From Escherichia phage HMD-P3: DNA of 64,000 nucleotides. The translations under genes and the position numbers were made by a program. Shown piece after piece: positions 48,592 to 57,951 of this stretch. The stretch lies in sequence record PQ462667.1; one strand, given 5' to 3'. Within the stretch, counting starts at the first letter, position 1, and every line of letters starts with the position of its first letter. The notes below the pieces were generated by a model. The model had not been told where the DNA came from and did no database searches. It saw only the letters and a program-made list of their open reading frames with translations.

Positions 48592-50001
48592 TTAGCCACC
48601 AGAACCGGTAACTGTAATGCTCTTAGTACCTTCTACACCAGAACCGTCTTTAGCTACAGCTTTAACAGTAACTTCTCCAGTCTTAGTAGTGTCCGCAGTT
48701 AATAGACCAGATTCTGGATCAATTGTAGCTGCATCACCACTAGAAATAGACCAAGTTACAGCACTATTAGTAGCATCTGAAGGAGTTACTTCAACAGACA
48801 TTTGTAGAGTATTGCTATTCTCCACTGAAGCTGCATCACCAGCAGATTTAACTGTGATTGATTCAACTAGTTTTGGTGGAGTTTTAGCGCCATCTCCTGT
48901 AGCAATCAGATTAGCCACAGTGGTTTTAGTATACTTGTTAGAGAAACCAAGATAACCCTCATCACCAGTATCCAAATCTGTAGGAATAGCTTTAAACTCT
49001 ACTGAAGTACCAAGTACATCATCAGTCTCAATAGTAGGAATGTTAACGTGTGCCTGTTTAGCAACCAACACAGCTGCCGGGCGTTCATCATCATACTCAC
49101 CACCAAGGATAAGTGCAATTTCAAACTTGTTAACTACCTTCAAGGTTTTGATAAGATCTTTATACAGTTCCATAGAACCAAGAGATTTATCATTTAGATA
49201 GGCAGTTAGTGAACCAGTTAATTCAAATGCACCCGTAAATGAACCAATCGGAATATTTACACGGGACATAATATTCGGGGTTAGGTACGTGATGTTGTTA
49301 TTAATGGTGAAAGTACCGCCAGTAATAGGGATATCATATGCCTTATCAGAATCCATATCCTTAATCTTCAGGATAGTCAGTTTGTTCTTAATATAAGAAC
49401 TCTGAATAGTCATATAAGTTTCATCATCAATACCTACAGTATCAGGATCAAATGGTTGCTCATCCAGAGGAATAAGCTGAGTACCATTACCAGACCAAGT
49501 TACACGACCAATATCCTCAATATCAACGTTAACTTCTGCCTGATTAATCTGACAGGAATCGATATAACTCCATGCTTTGTCAGTCAGGATGTAGATATGC
49601 AGCATTGCCAGCTCGTGGTACGCATTATCTTTAAAGTTAACCATAAAATTGGTTTCGTTATTATGTGCTCCTGTATCACCTTCCAGGTTCAGAGCTTTAC
49701 CACTAGAAAGAGCGTGCCATAACATATAGTCAGGAACAATCTGTTTATTAGTAGTTTTATCTTTGTATGGCAGGATATAAGTAGAGAAACTCCACTCAGC
49801 CGCGTTTAAAGAGTCATTAAAACGTTTAGAACCACGAGTTGGACGCGGACCAGCTTCATTAACAGTAATATCTGTTGAGTTACTGTCCTGACCCCAAGAA
49901 ATATCATCCTGAACTAGAATCTCTTGCGTGTTGGTCTTATTATGACCAGTCTTAACCGTAGACACGAAGATTCGAGTATTACGTAATAGTTGTAAAGACA
50001 T
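48592..50001 (-). CDS. tail tube protein with C-terminal Ig-like domain (T5 pb6-like)
   Basis: 469 aa; C-terminal Ig-like (Big_2-type) sequence ...VTWSISSGDAATIDPESGLLTA...VTVKAVAKDGSG. Confidence 0.8.
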   Translation of the reverse strand: MSLQLLRNTRIFVSTVKTGHNKTNTQEILVQDDISWGQDSNSTDITVNEAGPRPTRGSKRFNDSLNAAEWSFSTYILPYKDKTTNKQIVPDYMLWHALSSGKALNLEGDTGAHNNETNFMVNFKDNAYHELAMLHIYILTDKAWSYIDSCQINQAEVNVDIEDIGRVTWSGNGTQLIPLDEQPFDPDTVGIDDETYMTIQSSYIKNKLTILKIKDMDSDKAYDIPITGGTFTINNNITYLTPNIMSRVNIPIGSFTGAFELTGSLTAYLNDKSLGSMELYKDLIKTLKVVNKFEIALILGGEYDDERPAAVLVAKQAHVNIPTIETDDVLGTSVEFKAIPTDLDTGDEGYLGFSNKYTKTTVANLIATGDGAKTPPKLVESITVKSAGDAASVENSNTLQMSVEVTPSDATNSAVTWSISSGDAATIDPESGLLTADTTKTGEVTVKAVAKDGSGVEGTKSITVTGSGG

Positions 50002-50027
50002 TTAATTATTTTCTCCTAATCTGTAAC

Positions 50028-50513
50028 TTATCTGCGAAGTGACCTACGTGGAGGCTGATACCTCACTGTTACATTTATTTCTGCTAAACCATATGGGGCC
50101 AGTAGACCCTCATCTGTACTAACTGATGTAATGATCATATCAGTTGCCTCACATGGGAAGGTCGATCCATTAGGTTTACTAACAGTATATTCTAAATTTC
50201 CACCTGTGTCAATAACGGTTTTTATATCCGCTACGAGTTTTTCAAGTTGCTCTTGAATGTCTGTTTTCTCTTTATCGTACACCAGGATTGGAAGTTCTAA
50301 AAACATCCACTGTTGGCCCGAAGGAAGATACTGCCCAGTTTCAGTTCCGATATGAACTGCCACATAAGGAAACTCTCGTATTTCCTCAAATTTATAAGTT
50401 TGACGAGAAACGTTTCCATATAGGTTATTAAAATATTCGTCAGGTTGAGAACCATCCAACTGTTTAGATATACGGTCAACCAGAGCTTGTGCAATACTTG
50501 TTCTATGATCCAT
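50028..50513 (-). CDS. tail terminator protein (T5 p142-like)
   Basis: 161 aa ORF immediately upstream of the tail tube gene. Confidence 0.5.
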   Translation of the reverse strand: MDHRTSIAQALVDRISKQLDGSQPDEYFNNLYGNVSRQTYKFEEIREFPYVAVHIGTETGQYLPSGQQWMFLELPILVYDKEKTDIQEQLEKLVADIKTVIDTGGNLEYTVSKPNGSTFPCEATDMIITSVSTDEGLLAPYGLAEINVTVRYQPPRRSLRR

Positions 50514-50516
50514 TTA

Positions 50517-51284
50517 TTATGTTCCTTGATTAACCTTGATTTTATATCTAGAGTGAATCAGGTCTCTTGCAGCTTTTGCTATAGCCTCTCCAATAAGTTT
50601 TTGGGGGTTTCTAGCACCAGGATAAGGTCGTAGAGATAGTCTCCTGTAGGTAGATACTGCAGGGTTGAACACAGAATATGGACGAGTCATATAATTATAT
50701 GTTACGTTCAATTCAGGGGAGCCTTTACTAGCATCAGAATCGCGGAGCATAACATCCTTAATTTTTAAAGAGTTTGCAAAGCGACCAGTTCTATATTTTA
50801 GTGGTGCTCCTGTCTTCTTCATATCCTTTATTAAGTACTCTTTAGCAACTATCTCTAATATAGCCTTCATATTGCTATTAGACACAAAACGTCCGGAAGC
50901 ACCTGTTATTGCACCTGAGTATCCATCCTCTACGTCTCTAGGATCACCAAAGTTTACATCTACTCTGCCTGTAGAACGTTTTTTACCTACCGCAGATTTT
51001 TTGCCAGCAGTTGCCTGTATAAGATTTTCTAGAGCACCTAAATCTCCCGAAAGATCTAAACTAGAGGATACAGCTTTTAGTATAGAGGCTGTTCTAACAT
51101 CAAGAAGGTTTTGGGATACAGGTTTTGAAAACTTAAAAGATACTTGAGCAACAGTACCATCTCTGGTAGGATCTTTTAGCCCTGTTTCAACAGAGTATAC
51201 AACAGTATTCTTATTATTTTCAGATCGTCCTGCAGTATCTAGCTGCTCTTTAATAATTTGTTTAGCTAGATCGGAAAGAGACAT
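50517..51284 (-). CDS. head-tail joining / tail completion protein
   Basis: 255 aa ORF in the neck gene block; by position. Confidence 0.45.
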   Translation of the reverse strand: MSLSDLAKQIIKEQLDTAGRSENNKNTVVYSVETGLKDPTRDGTVAQVSFKFSKPVSQNLLDVRTASILKAVSSSLDLSGDLGALENLIQATAGKKSAVGKKRSTGRVDVNFGDPRDVEDGYSGAITGASGRFVSNSNMKAILEIVAKEYLIKDMKKTGAPLKYRTGRFANSLKIKDVMLRDSDASKGSPELNVTYNYMTRPYSVFNPAVSTYRRLSLRPYPGARNPQKLIGEAIAKAARDLIHSRYKIKVNQGT

Positions 51285-51796
51285 TATACTCTCCTATATA
51301 CTTCAATAATAGTACGAATATGCTCTGGGATACCAGATTTAGTGCTATTGAAGGTTACTGTTTCACCACCAATTGTTTTAGCTTGGCGGTAATCTTGTTT
51401 GTGCCAATGATCTACTAGCATACACGCTGCAAGTTTGAGATCTTCAGGTATTGGATTGAACCCACCTTGTGTATATGCTACATCCATATAACCTTCTGGA
51501 GGATTAAATTTGAGAAGGATAATACCATCAGAGTATAGCTTATACTGCTCTGGGTCAATCTCAGTATCATTAATCGTCACTTTAGTTACGGAGGTAGCAG
51601 ATGGTGAACTCAGAAAATATTTCCTACGTGTAGGTTTTGTATTGATTAACTGGTCTACCGCATCAGCATCATCCATGCCTAGAAGGCTCGTAATCAGCGC
51701 ATTGGCAGCAGTAATCATCATTTCTACACCAGACTCTAATTCAGGTCGTTTTAAACTACCGTATAATCTATAATCTTCGGCTGTGATGATTTGCAT
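51284..51796 (-). CDS. head completion / connector protein
   Basis: 170 aa ORF downstream of the capsid gene; by position. Confidence 0.45.
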   Translation of the reverse strand: MQIITAEDYRLYGSLKRPELESGVEMMITAANALITSLLGMDDADAVDQLINTKPTRRKYFLSSPSATSVTKVTINDTEIDPEQYKLYSDGIILLKFNPPEGYMDVAYTQGGFNPIPEDLKLAACMLVDHWHKQDYRQAKTIGGETVTFNSTKSGIPEHIRTIIEVYRRV

Positions 51797-51803
51797 TTAT
51801 TTT

Positions 51804-51834
51804 TCCCAATAAAAAAGGAGAGCCGAAGCTCTCC
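51804..51834 (-). terminator. terminator plus RBS module after the major capsid gene (minus strand)
   Basis: GGAGAGC-TTCG-GCTCTCC hairpin (UUCG tetraloop on the minus strand) then TTTTTTATTGGGAAAAATAAATG. Confidence 0.6.
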
Positions 51835-51855
51835 TTATCGGCTGAAAAGCCTGTA

Positions 51856-53232
51856 TTAAGATGCAGCGTAAGTACCAGATACAACGCCATTTGCAAAGTA
51901 ACGTTGCAGGTTAACACGCTGAGTAACGTAGTATGCATCACGCTGTTTACCAGCCTGGCGCTCACGTTCAACAGTAACAGCACGCTGACGCGGCATTACG
52001 AAGTTATCTTTATAAACAATAACTGCGAACTCTGCATTAACAGCTTTAGCTGGGAAGTATTCGGAAACTACAACCGGCAGACCATAAATACGACCAACCT
52101 GACCTTGCAGCTTAACAGCATCGTTACCAACCTGTGCAACATCTTGCCATTCTTCATCTTCCAGCAGATCATAGTAAGCATCCATAGATACGATCAGTAC
52201 CAGTTTGCTCAGTTTCAGACCGTGACGGCCCAGTTTACGACGCAGTTTAGAAATAGTTTTAGCAGTTACCAGAACAGTACCATCAGCTTTAGCTTCTGTG
52301 GTAACTTTAGCACCATCTTCGCTAGCAAGAGTCAGCAGACCTTTCGGCTTACCAGAACCATCACCAGTCATGAAAGCTTCTTCGATAGAAACAGCGTGTG
52401 CTTCAATCAGACGCTTACGAAGCAGAGGCAGCAGAGAGAAGATTGCATCTTCTTCAGTTTCATCAGTAATGAAGGACTTAGCAGCCAGTTTGTAAGTACT
52501 GAAGTGAATTTCTTTAAGAGCACCTTTAACTTCATCACCAGTAGTAGTGTCAGTACCATAGGTAGAAGCAGCAACCCAAGTAGCTTTACCAGCATCCGGT
52601 TCAACCAACATAGTAAGAATCTTACTAGACATTGGCAGTTCTTCGAACAGTGCACCAACTACCAGTTCCTTCTGCAGGTCACGGATAATGCGCTGAGAGA
52701 AAATAGTTTCATAGCTTTCACTAGAAACTTCTACAGAGGAAGACTGATTCACTGCTTTCAGGTGTCTCTGACCGTGCTCGGTCTCGAATACGCCTTTTTC
52801 CATTACATAAGATAACAGAACCAGTTTTTCAACTTCATCTTCAAAGTTTTCCTGAGTACCGTACAGTGCTTTAGCTACGCTATCACCGACGAAGGAACGT
52901 CCTTCACGAGCTGCCAGCAGAGATTTAATTTCATCCTGGAGACCAACAATAGTTTCCTGCTGTTTTTCTACAGTCTGTGCAAACAGTTCTGCACTCTTCT
53001 TGGATTTCTCGTCCAGAGACTTAACCAGAGTCAGAGCTTCTTCCAGTTTCTGACGATCTTCGCCAACTGCTTTAGAAACCAGGTCATTCATACGAGCCAG
53101 TTCTTTTTCTTCCTGCTCTTTACGCATACGTTCAGCTTCAGCAGCTTTCTGAGCAGCGGTAAGACCTTCCAGAGATTTAGCCAGATCACCCAGACCAAGT
53201 TCTTCTTTCAGCTTATTAATATCAATAGTCAT
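51856..53232 (-). CDS. major capsid protein with N-terminal scaffolding-like domain (T5 pb8-like)
   Basis: 458 aa (T5 pb8 size); N-terminal coiled-coil region then HK97-fold-like body; host-optimised codons. Confidence 0.85.
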   Translation of the reverse strand: MTIDINKLKEELGLGDLAKSLEGLTAAQKAAEAERMRKEQEEKELARMNDLVSKAVGEDRQKLEEALTLVKSLDEKSKKSAELFAQTVEKQQETIVGLQDEIKSLLAAREGRSFVGDSVAKALYGTQENFEDEVEKLVLLSYVMEKGVFETEHGQRHLKAVNQSSSVEVSSESYETIFSQRIIRDLQKELVVGALFEELPMSSKILTMLVEPDAGKATWVAASTYGTDTTTGDEVKGALKEIHFSTYKLAAKSFITDETEEDAIFSLLPLLRKRLIEAHAVSIEEAFMTGDGSGKPKGLLTLASEDGAKVTTEAKADGTVLVTAKTISKLRRKLGRHGLKLSKLVLIVSMDAYYDLLEDEEWQDVAQVGNDAVKLQGQVGRIYGLPVVVSEYFPAKAVNAEFAVIVYKDNFVMPRQRAVTVERERQAGKQRDAYYVTQRVNLQRYFANGVVSGTYAAS

Positions 53233-53249
53233 TTTTAAATAATTCTCCG

Positions 53250-53882
53250 TTATTCTTTAACGTAGCCTAAAGCTATCGCAAGTTTTTCTAGTTCAGAAAG
53301 ATTACGTTCTTGAGCTGGGACAGCTTTAGAACTTATTGCAGTAAAAGATTTGCGCCATTCAGTGTAATCATGACCATTCATGCTCTTAGCGAGATTGAAT
53401 GTTGAGTCCTGATTACAAGGTACAGAAACTACCGAAACTTCGTATAGTTCTAAATCTTTAATAATAAATATATCAGTAGCTTCATCCCACTCTGCATCTA
53501 GGCAGCGGAATCCGATACTAAAAGTTTTCAGTACACCGTTTTTAATTAGTGAAAAGATAGCCGGATCAGAACTTTCATAGATCTCGCATTCGATTTCGAG
53601 ACCCATTTCAGTAGGGTTAAGATCAATACACTTGCCGATTGGGCGACGATGGTCGTGTCCAAAAAGAATAATCGGGTTTTTCATGTAGTTAGCAAGTGCA
53701 TTAGATGTTTTCCATGCCGAAGCAGGAATTACATCACCAGCACGATCTTTACTAATTGTATTAGCAAATCCACGGATTTTTACAACACCCTCTTTGGATT
53801 CGCTATCAATAGATTTAATATAAGCATCTAAATGAACCGGTGCTGATTTTAACTTGTTATAGTCAATAGCAGCTTGTGTCAT
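53250..53882 (-). CDS. prohead protease (T5 pb11-like)
   Basis: 210 aa, between decoration and capsid genes; candidate catalytic His (GHDHRRP) and Ser. Confidence 0.7.
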   Translation of the reverse strand: MTQAAIDYNKLKSAPVHLDAYIKSIDSESKEGVVKIRGFANTISKDRAGDVIPASAWKTSNALANYMKNPIILFGHDHRRPIGKCIDLNPTEMGLEIECEIYESSDPAIFSLIKNGVLKTFSIGFRCLDAEWDEATDIFIIKDLELYEVSVVSVPCNQDSTFNLAKSMNGHDYTEWRKSFTAISSKAVPAQERNLSELEKLAIALGYVKE

Positions 53883-53885
53883 TTA

Positions 53886-54377
53886 TTAGCCTCCAACACC
53901 GGGATTAACTGTCACAGCACATGTAGCAGAGTCCTTGCTTACTTGCTTACTATCTGTTACAGTTACTTTATAGGCTCCAGAATCCTCTGTAGCTGCTGCA
54001 GGCTTAGTATAGGTAGCTCCTGAAGCACCAGGAATAGGAGAACCATCTTTAGTCCATGCGTAAGTATAAGGACCAGTGCCGCCGGTTGCAGTAACAGAAA
54101 GTGTTAATGCTACTCCCTCTTCAACGGACATGCTAGCAGCTAAATCTTTAGAAAGAGTTAAGGGCGGAGCAGGCGGAGCAGGAGGAACTGCTTTACCATA
54201 TGCCTCTACAAATTTCTTCCATACTTTACGGTTAGTATGCGCAGATGAAAGTCCTAGTTCTCTACGCAGAAAAGCATAGCTAGGAACATATTTATGCGCA
54301 GCAACCGTAGCAAAGAAGATATGAGATTCTGGTAGTTTTTCACCAAAAATGGTCTTTAGACCATTATAATCAATCAT
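53886..54377 (-). CDS. capsid decoration protein with Ig-like domain (T5 pb10-like)
   Basis: 163 aa; C-terminal Ig-like sequence ...YTYAWTKDGSPIPGASGATYTKP...YKVTVTD...AVTVNPG. Confidence 0.7.
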   Translation of the reverse strand: MIDYNGLKTIFGEKLPESHIFFATVAAHKYVPSYAFLRRELGLSSAHTNRKVWKKFVEAYGKAVPPAPPAPPLTLSKDLAASMSVEEGVALTLSVTATGGTGPYTYAWTKDGSPIPGASGATYTKPAAATEDSGAYKVTVTDSKQVSKDSATCAVTVNPGVGG

Positions 54378-55591
54378 TCTTTATCTCCCTCGGTGGAACC
54401 TTGAGGTCTACCACCTTCTTGACCCGATACACCTGTTGCAGAACCAGCAACGTTAGCAGGAATACGAATCTTATTCATCTGCTCATCATCTAAAGGTTCA
54501 AGGTTCAGCTCTAAACGAGCTTCGTTACCAGTCATAATACCATTATTAACCAATGAGGTTAAATGTTTAGCCTCAGCTTCTTTATCTGGTGTTAATGCAG
54601 CTACTTCCTTAGTATTAGGAGTAATCTTATAACCAAAAAAGAAAGTAAGAGAACTAGTCAGTTTGTTCAGCATAGGAATGATAGTCATATAATAGAACAG
54701 TTCGATGTTTGGTCGAATGTTCGCATTATTACCACCATCAAGTAGCACTTGCGGAACACCAAAGGCTAGACAGATGGATTTATTAAATCCTTCGATGTCT
54801 TCCTTAAAGTCTAGATCTTTAAAAGAGGATATTTGGGAGTACGGTTTAGCTTTCATACCACCATCTAGAATCAGGACAGAGGACTGACCAGTACTAGGAT
54901 TATAATCTAGTTGTAATTCTTCTTGTTTACGCTCACGCAATTTCTTGTTCAGGATTTCATCCGTCTCAAGAATAAGACCAATCACGGTTCCATTATCGAG
55001 GAACTTCTCTTTAAAGTTAAGCATCTTAGAACGCTTCTCAAGAGAATCAATAACAGTAGCAACACGAGATTGTCCAGAAATTTGGGAATTTGTGCCACAC
55101 ACGTAACTGTTATCCTTTATAAAGATAATCTCATCTACGCGATAGTCTATCTGATTATTAAATATAAATTTTTTGATAAACTTATTGGCATCTGCCTCTA
55201 CTTGCATTAGTGCAGCAGGGACATGATAAAGTGCTGTGCCATCCCAATAGATGTATGCACAACCTTCAAAAAGTAGGTCAGTGACTACAAGTCTACGGAA
55301 TGTGCTTATATCCATGAATGGATTAGGTCGTACATTTAAGAGAGTGTCTAGAGTCTTTGTCTTGATGCCATTAGCATACGTGACAATATTATATTTATCT
55401 CCGACAGTATAAGAACACTCCGCCGCACTATCTATAACCATATTAGCAGTTCTATTGAGAATCTCAATTTTACTGTAGGCTTGTCCAGTGGTAAAAGGCT
55501 TACGGTTAGTGCGATGACTAACTGGTTCCATGTCTCTTATAATACGTTGACCCGGATTTAGCTTTTCAGTAATCCAGCTTTTAAAACCCAT
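54374..55591 (-). CDS. portal protein (T5 pb7-like)
   Basis: 405 aa ORF in the portal position of the head module; size matches the recalled T5 portal (about 403 aa). Confidence 0.65.
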   Translation of the reverse strand: MGFKSWITEKLNPGQRIIRDMEPVSHRTNRKPFTTGQAYSKIEILNRTANMVIDSAAECSYTVGDKYNIVTYANGIKTKTLDTLLNVRPNPFMDISTFRRLVVTDLLFEGCAYIYWDGTALYHVPAALMQVEADANKFIKKFIFNNQIDYRVDEIIFIKDNSYVCGTNSQISGQSRVATVIDSLEKRSKMLNFKEKFLDNGTVIGLILETDEILNKKLRERKQEELQLDYNPSTGQSSVLILDGGMKAKPYSQISSFKDLDFKEDIEGFNKSICLAFGVPQVLLDGGNNANIRPNIELFYYMTIIPMLNKLTSSLTFFFGYKITPNTKEVAALTPDKEAEAKHLTSLVNNGIMTGNEARLELNLEPLDDEQMNKIRIPANVAGSATGVSGQEGGRPQGSTEGDKE

Positions 55592-56028
55592 TATAAGAAC
55601 CTTGCGAATCCTGATTTTGTTTCAGTCTTGACTTGTGTCTTTTCTTGAGGATTCTGTAATTTGTCTTTCTGCTTTTGAACCCACACTTTTTGCTTATTAG
55701 CAGAAAATAAAGGAGGTTCTTTTGTGTAAACCTTATGTAATAATTGGTGATGGTGTACACAAAGGGTAACAGTGTCTTCTACTAGCTCATGCCTATATCG
55801 ATCATAGAATGCCGTCCTATTTGAGAGGACTGTTTCTTCGTCAGTGAAATCCAATTGGAGTTCTTTAGCAAATTTTTTAACTAGTAGAGACACCGTATGG
55901 TAATGATGAAGCTCTAATTCTTCAGCACAACCGCAGATAGCACATTGAGAGTCTTTTTTATATTGACTTTTTATTCCGTCTCTCATAAGGGATATAGCAT
56001 CGCGTTTATATTTTACATTGCTTGCCAT
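55591..56028 (-). CDS. HNH endonuclease-like protein
   Basis: CAICGC ... ELHHYH ... N ... CVHHHQLLH pattern fits the HNH zinc-finger nuclease motif; start set at ATG 56028 (GAGGAG RBS); own promoter upstream. Confidence 0.55.
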   Translation of the reverse strand: MASNVKYKRDAISLMRDGIKSQYKKDSQCAICGCAEELELHHYHTVSLLVKKFAKELQLDFTDEETVLSNRTAFYDRYRHELVEDTVTLCVHHHQLLHKVYTKEPPLFSANKQKVWVQKQKDKLQNPQEKTQVKTETKSGFARFL

Positions 56029-56054
56029 AGTGTTCTCCTCAACTGTATGAATAT

Positions 56055-56083
56055 AGTATACATAATCGTATCGAATTTGTAAA
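56055..56083 (-). promoter_or_regulatory. sigma70-type promoter (minus strand) for the HNH gene
   Basis: On the minus strand TTTACA, 17 bp, TATACT. Confidence 0.45.
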
Positions 56084-56142
56084 GGGGATTTTAAAATGCA
56101 GGAATGGGATACCAACTGAGTAGTATCCCTTCCTATACTTAT

Positions 56143-57459
56143 TTATTTACCACGGGAAATAGAGTAAATTCCATAGCGCAGCGCATCACAAAGGTGAGAG
56201 TTAGCATCATGACGCGGTTTTTCACGTGATAATTTTTCTTCACCTTCTTGGAAATCCCACTTATAGTTCTGCAATGCATGAATTAATGAGGAACATGAAG
56301 CGTCTACAATAATCTTGCCCTGCTGGAATAGTGCTTGTAAGCATGCTAGACCGTCTAGGACAGACTTTTTAGCTGGAGCTGATGCAATTTCATGTTCATA
56401 AGCTAAGTCCTGGCGGAACTGAGCTGCGGCAGAGTCAACAAAAACACGATCAACTTTATAACGATCTATACAGTGCTGAATATAAGCCGCATGCTGAGCT
56501 GTGGTTTTCTCCGCTTGCTGGTACTCTTCTAATACATAGTAAGTATCCGTATCATAATGATATTTAATAGTAAGAACTGCGGTAGGATCACGATAACCAA
56601 CGTCAATACCGAGCAACGTTTCGAATGCTTCATCATCTTTAAAGAAGTGACGCATACCTTTGAGGTCTTTAACATGATCGATAGCATTAAAGGTATCAAA
56701 GATCTGACCTTCGAATACGGAGAAGTCAGCCTCATATTCCTGGCGGAAGTAGTTTTTACTAACTGTACGACGTGCTTCTTCGATGTCATTCAGATCAGCA
56801 CGTGGATTATCACGGTATGTACCATGAATAGATACCCAGTTAGGTAATGTATCATCAAACCCATAGGCATAAAACTCTTTAAACCAGTTACCACCACGAG
56901 GAGTGGAAATAAATAGAGCCTTAGAATTAGGTTTATCTAGGGTAGGACGCAACTGAACCCTGAAGGCATCCCCACCCACATCAGAAATTGCAGCCTCATC
57001 AAAGATGATAAAATCATATGAACGTCCAACTGCGGAGTCGGCCTGAGCCGCGGAAGCTAGTTTAAATAGAGAACCATTAGCTAACTCAATCTCTTTATCT
57101 TTAGCGTTCTCACGTTCGGTTTGTAGGCCATACTTCTTAATGAGACCACGAATCTGAGACCATCCAATGTTGGCCAGTGAGTAGTTAGGGGCAACTACTA
57201 GCACCTTCACATTAGGTTCCAGCAATTTTAGGAACCCAAGTGTGTATGCGATGAAAGATTTACCTACACGGCGTGATACACACGCCGTTACAAAACGATG
57301 TCTAGGGTCTTCTAGCGCATTGATAATCGCTATTTGAGGACCGTTAGGTGTAATACCTTCTTGCGCCAATATTCCCGAAACAGGTAGACGAAAGAAACGT
57401 TTGTCTATTCCGAAATCAATAACATCAACTGTGTTAACGTAGGGTCTTGATACTTCCAT
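56143..57459 (-). CDS. terminase large subunit
   Basis: 438 aa; N-terminal ATPase Walker A VSRRVGKS and C-terminal nuclease-like region; overlaps small subunit stop. Confidence 0.85.
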   Translation of the reverse strand: MEVSRPYVNTVDVIDFGIDKRFFRLPVSGILAQEGITPNGPQIAIINALEDPRHRFVTACVSRRVGKSFIAYTLGFLKLLEPNVKVLVVAPNYSLANIGWSQIRGLIKKYGLQTERENAKDKEIELANGSLFKLASAAQADSAVGRSYDFIIFDEAAISDVGGDAFRVQLRPTLDKPNSKALFISTPRGGNWFKEFYAYGFDDTLPNWVSIHGTYRDNPRADLNDIEEARRTVSKNYFRQEYEADFSVFEGQIFDTFNAIDHVKDLKGMRHFFKDDEAFETLLGIDVGYRDPTAVLTIKYHYDTDTYYVLEEYQQAEKTTAQHAAYIQHCIDRYKVDRVFVDSAAAQFRQDLAYEHEIASAPAKKSVLDGLACLQALFQQGKIIVDASCSSLIHALQNYKWDFQEGEEKLSREKPRHDANSHLCDALRYGIYSISRGK

Positions 57460-57941
57460 TACTTCTTACCTCCAGTAGCTAGGGAAGTAATTAAGTCCAT
57501 GTAGTTTTGGTCCCCAGCTCCAGCAATAATATTATTCTGGATGTTGGTCTGGTTAGCTGGAGTACGGGCTGCTGCCTTCACTTTCTCCAATTCTACCATC
57601 ATTTTCATCTCTTCCATCTTCATCTTGTGTGCCTTCCAGAGAATATCCATAATATCCTGGTCAGAACCCATACCAGTTTCTTCTAGTTCCTCTAGTTTAC
57701 GTTTAATAACTTCATCTAGAACACCAAACAAACGATCTCTGTTACGGAATCCACTCTCCATAAAAATATCATTTAAGTAGTTCTTAACTTCACTACGATT
57801 CATAATATCTCGGAAAGCAATTTCGGACATCCCAAGACTACGTGCGGCAGAAGGCACATCGCTACCGCACTGTAAATAAGCTTCAATCACATCCATCCCT
57901 TCAGGGGACATAAGATCTGGTACTAATACATCATTTGCCAT
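57459..57941 (-). CDS. putative terminase small subunit
   Basis: 160 aa ORF immediately upstream of terL with HTH-like N-terminal region ([16 protein letters not shown]). Confidence 0.5.
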
Positions 57942-57951
57942 ATTTCCTCCT

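Noticed and set aside
51904-52815. 303-aa plus-strand ORF antisense to the major capsid gene
   Set aside because: Low-complexity shadow ORF entirely inside a well-supported minus-strand gene; no RBS or promoter.
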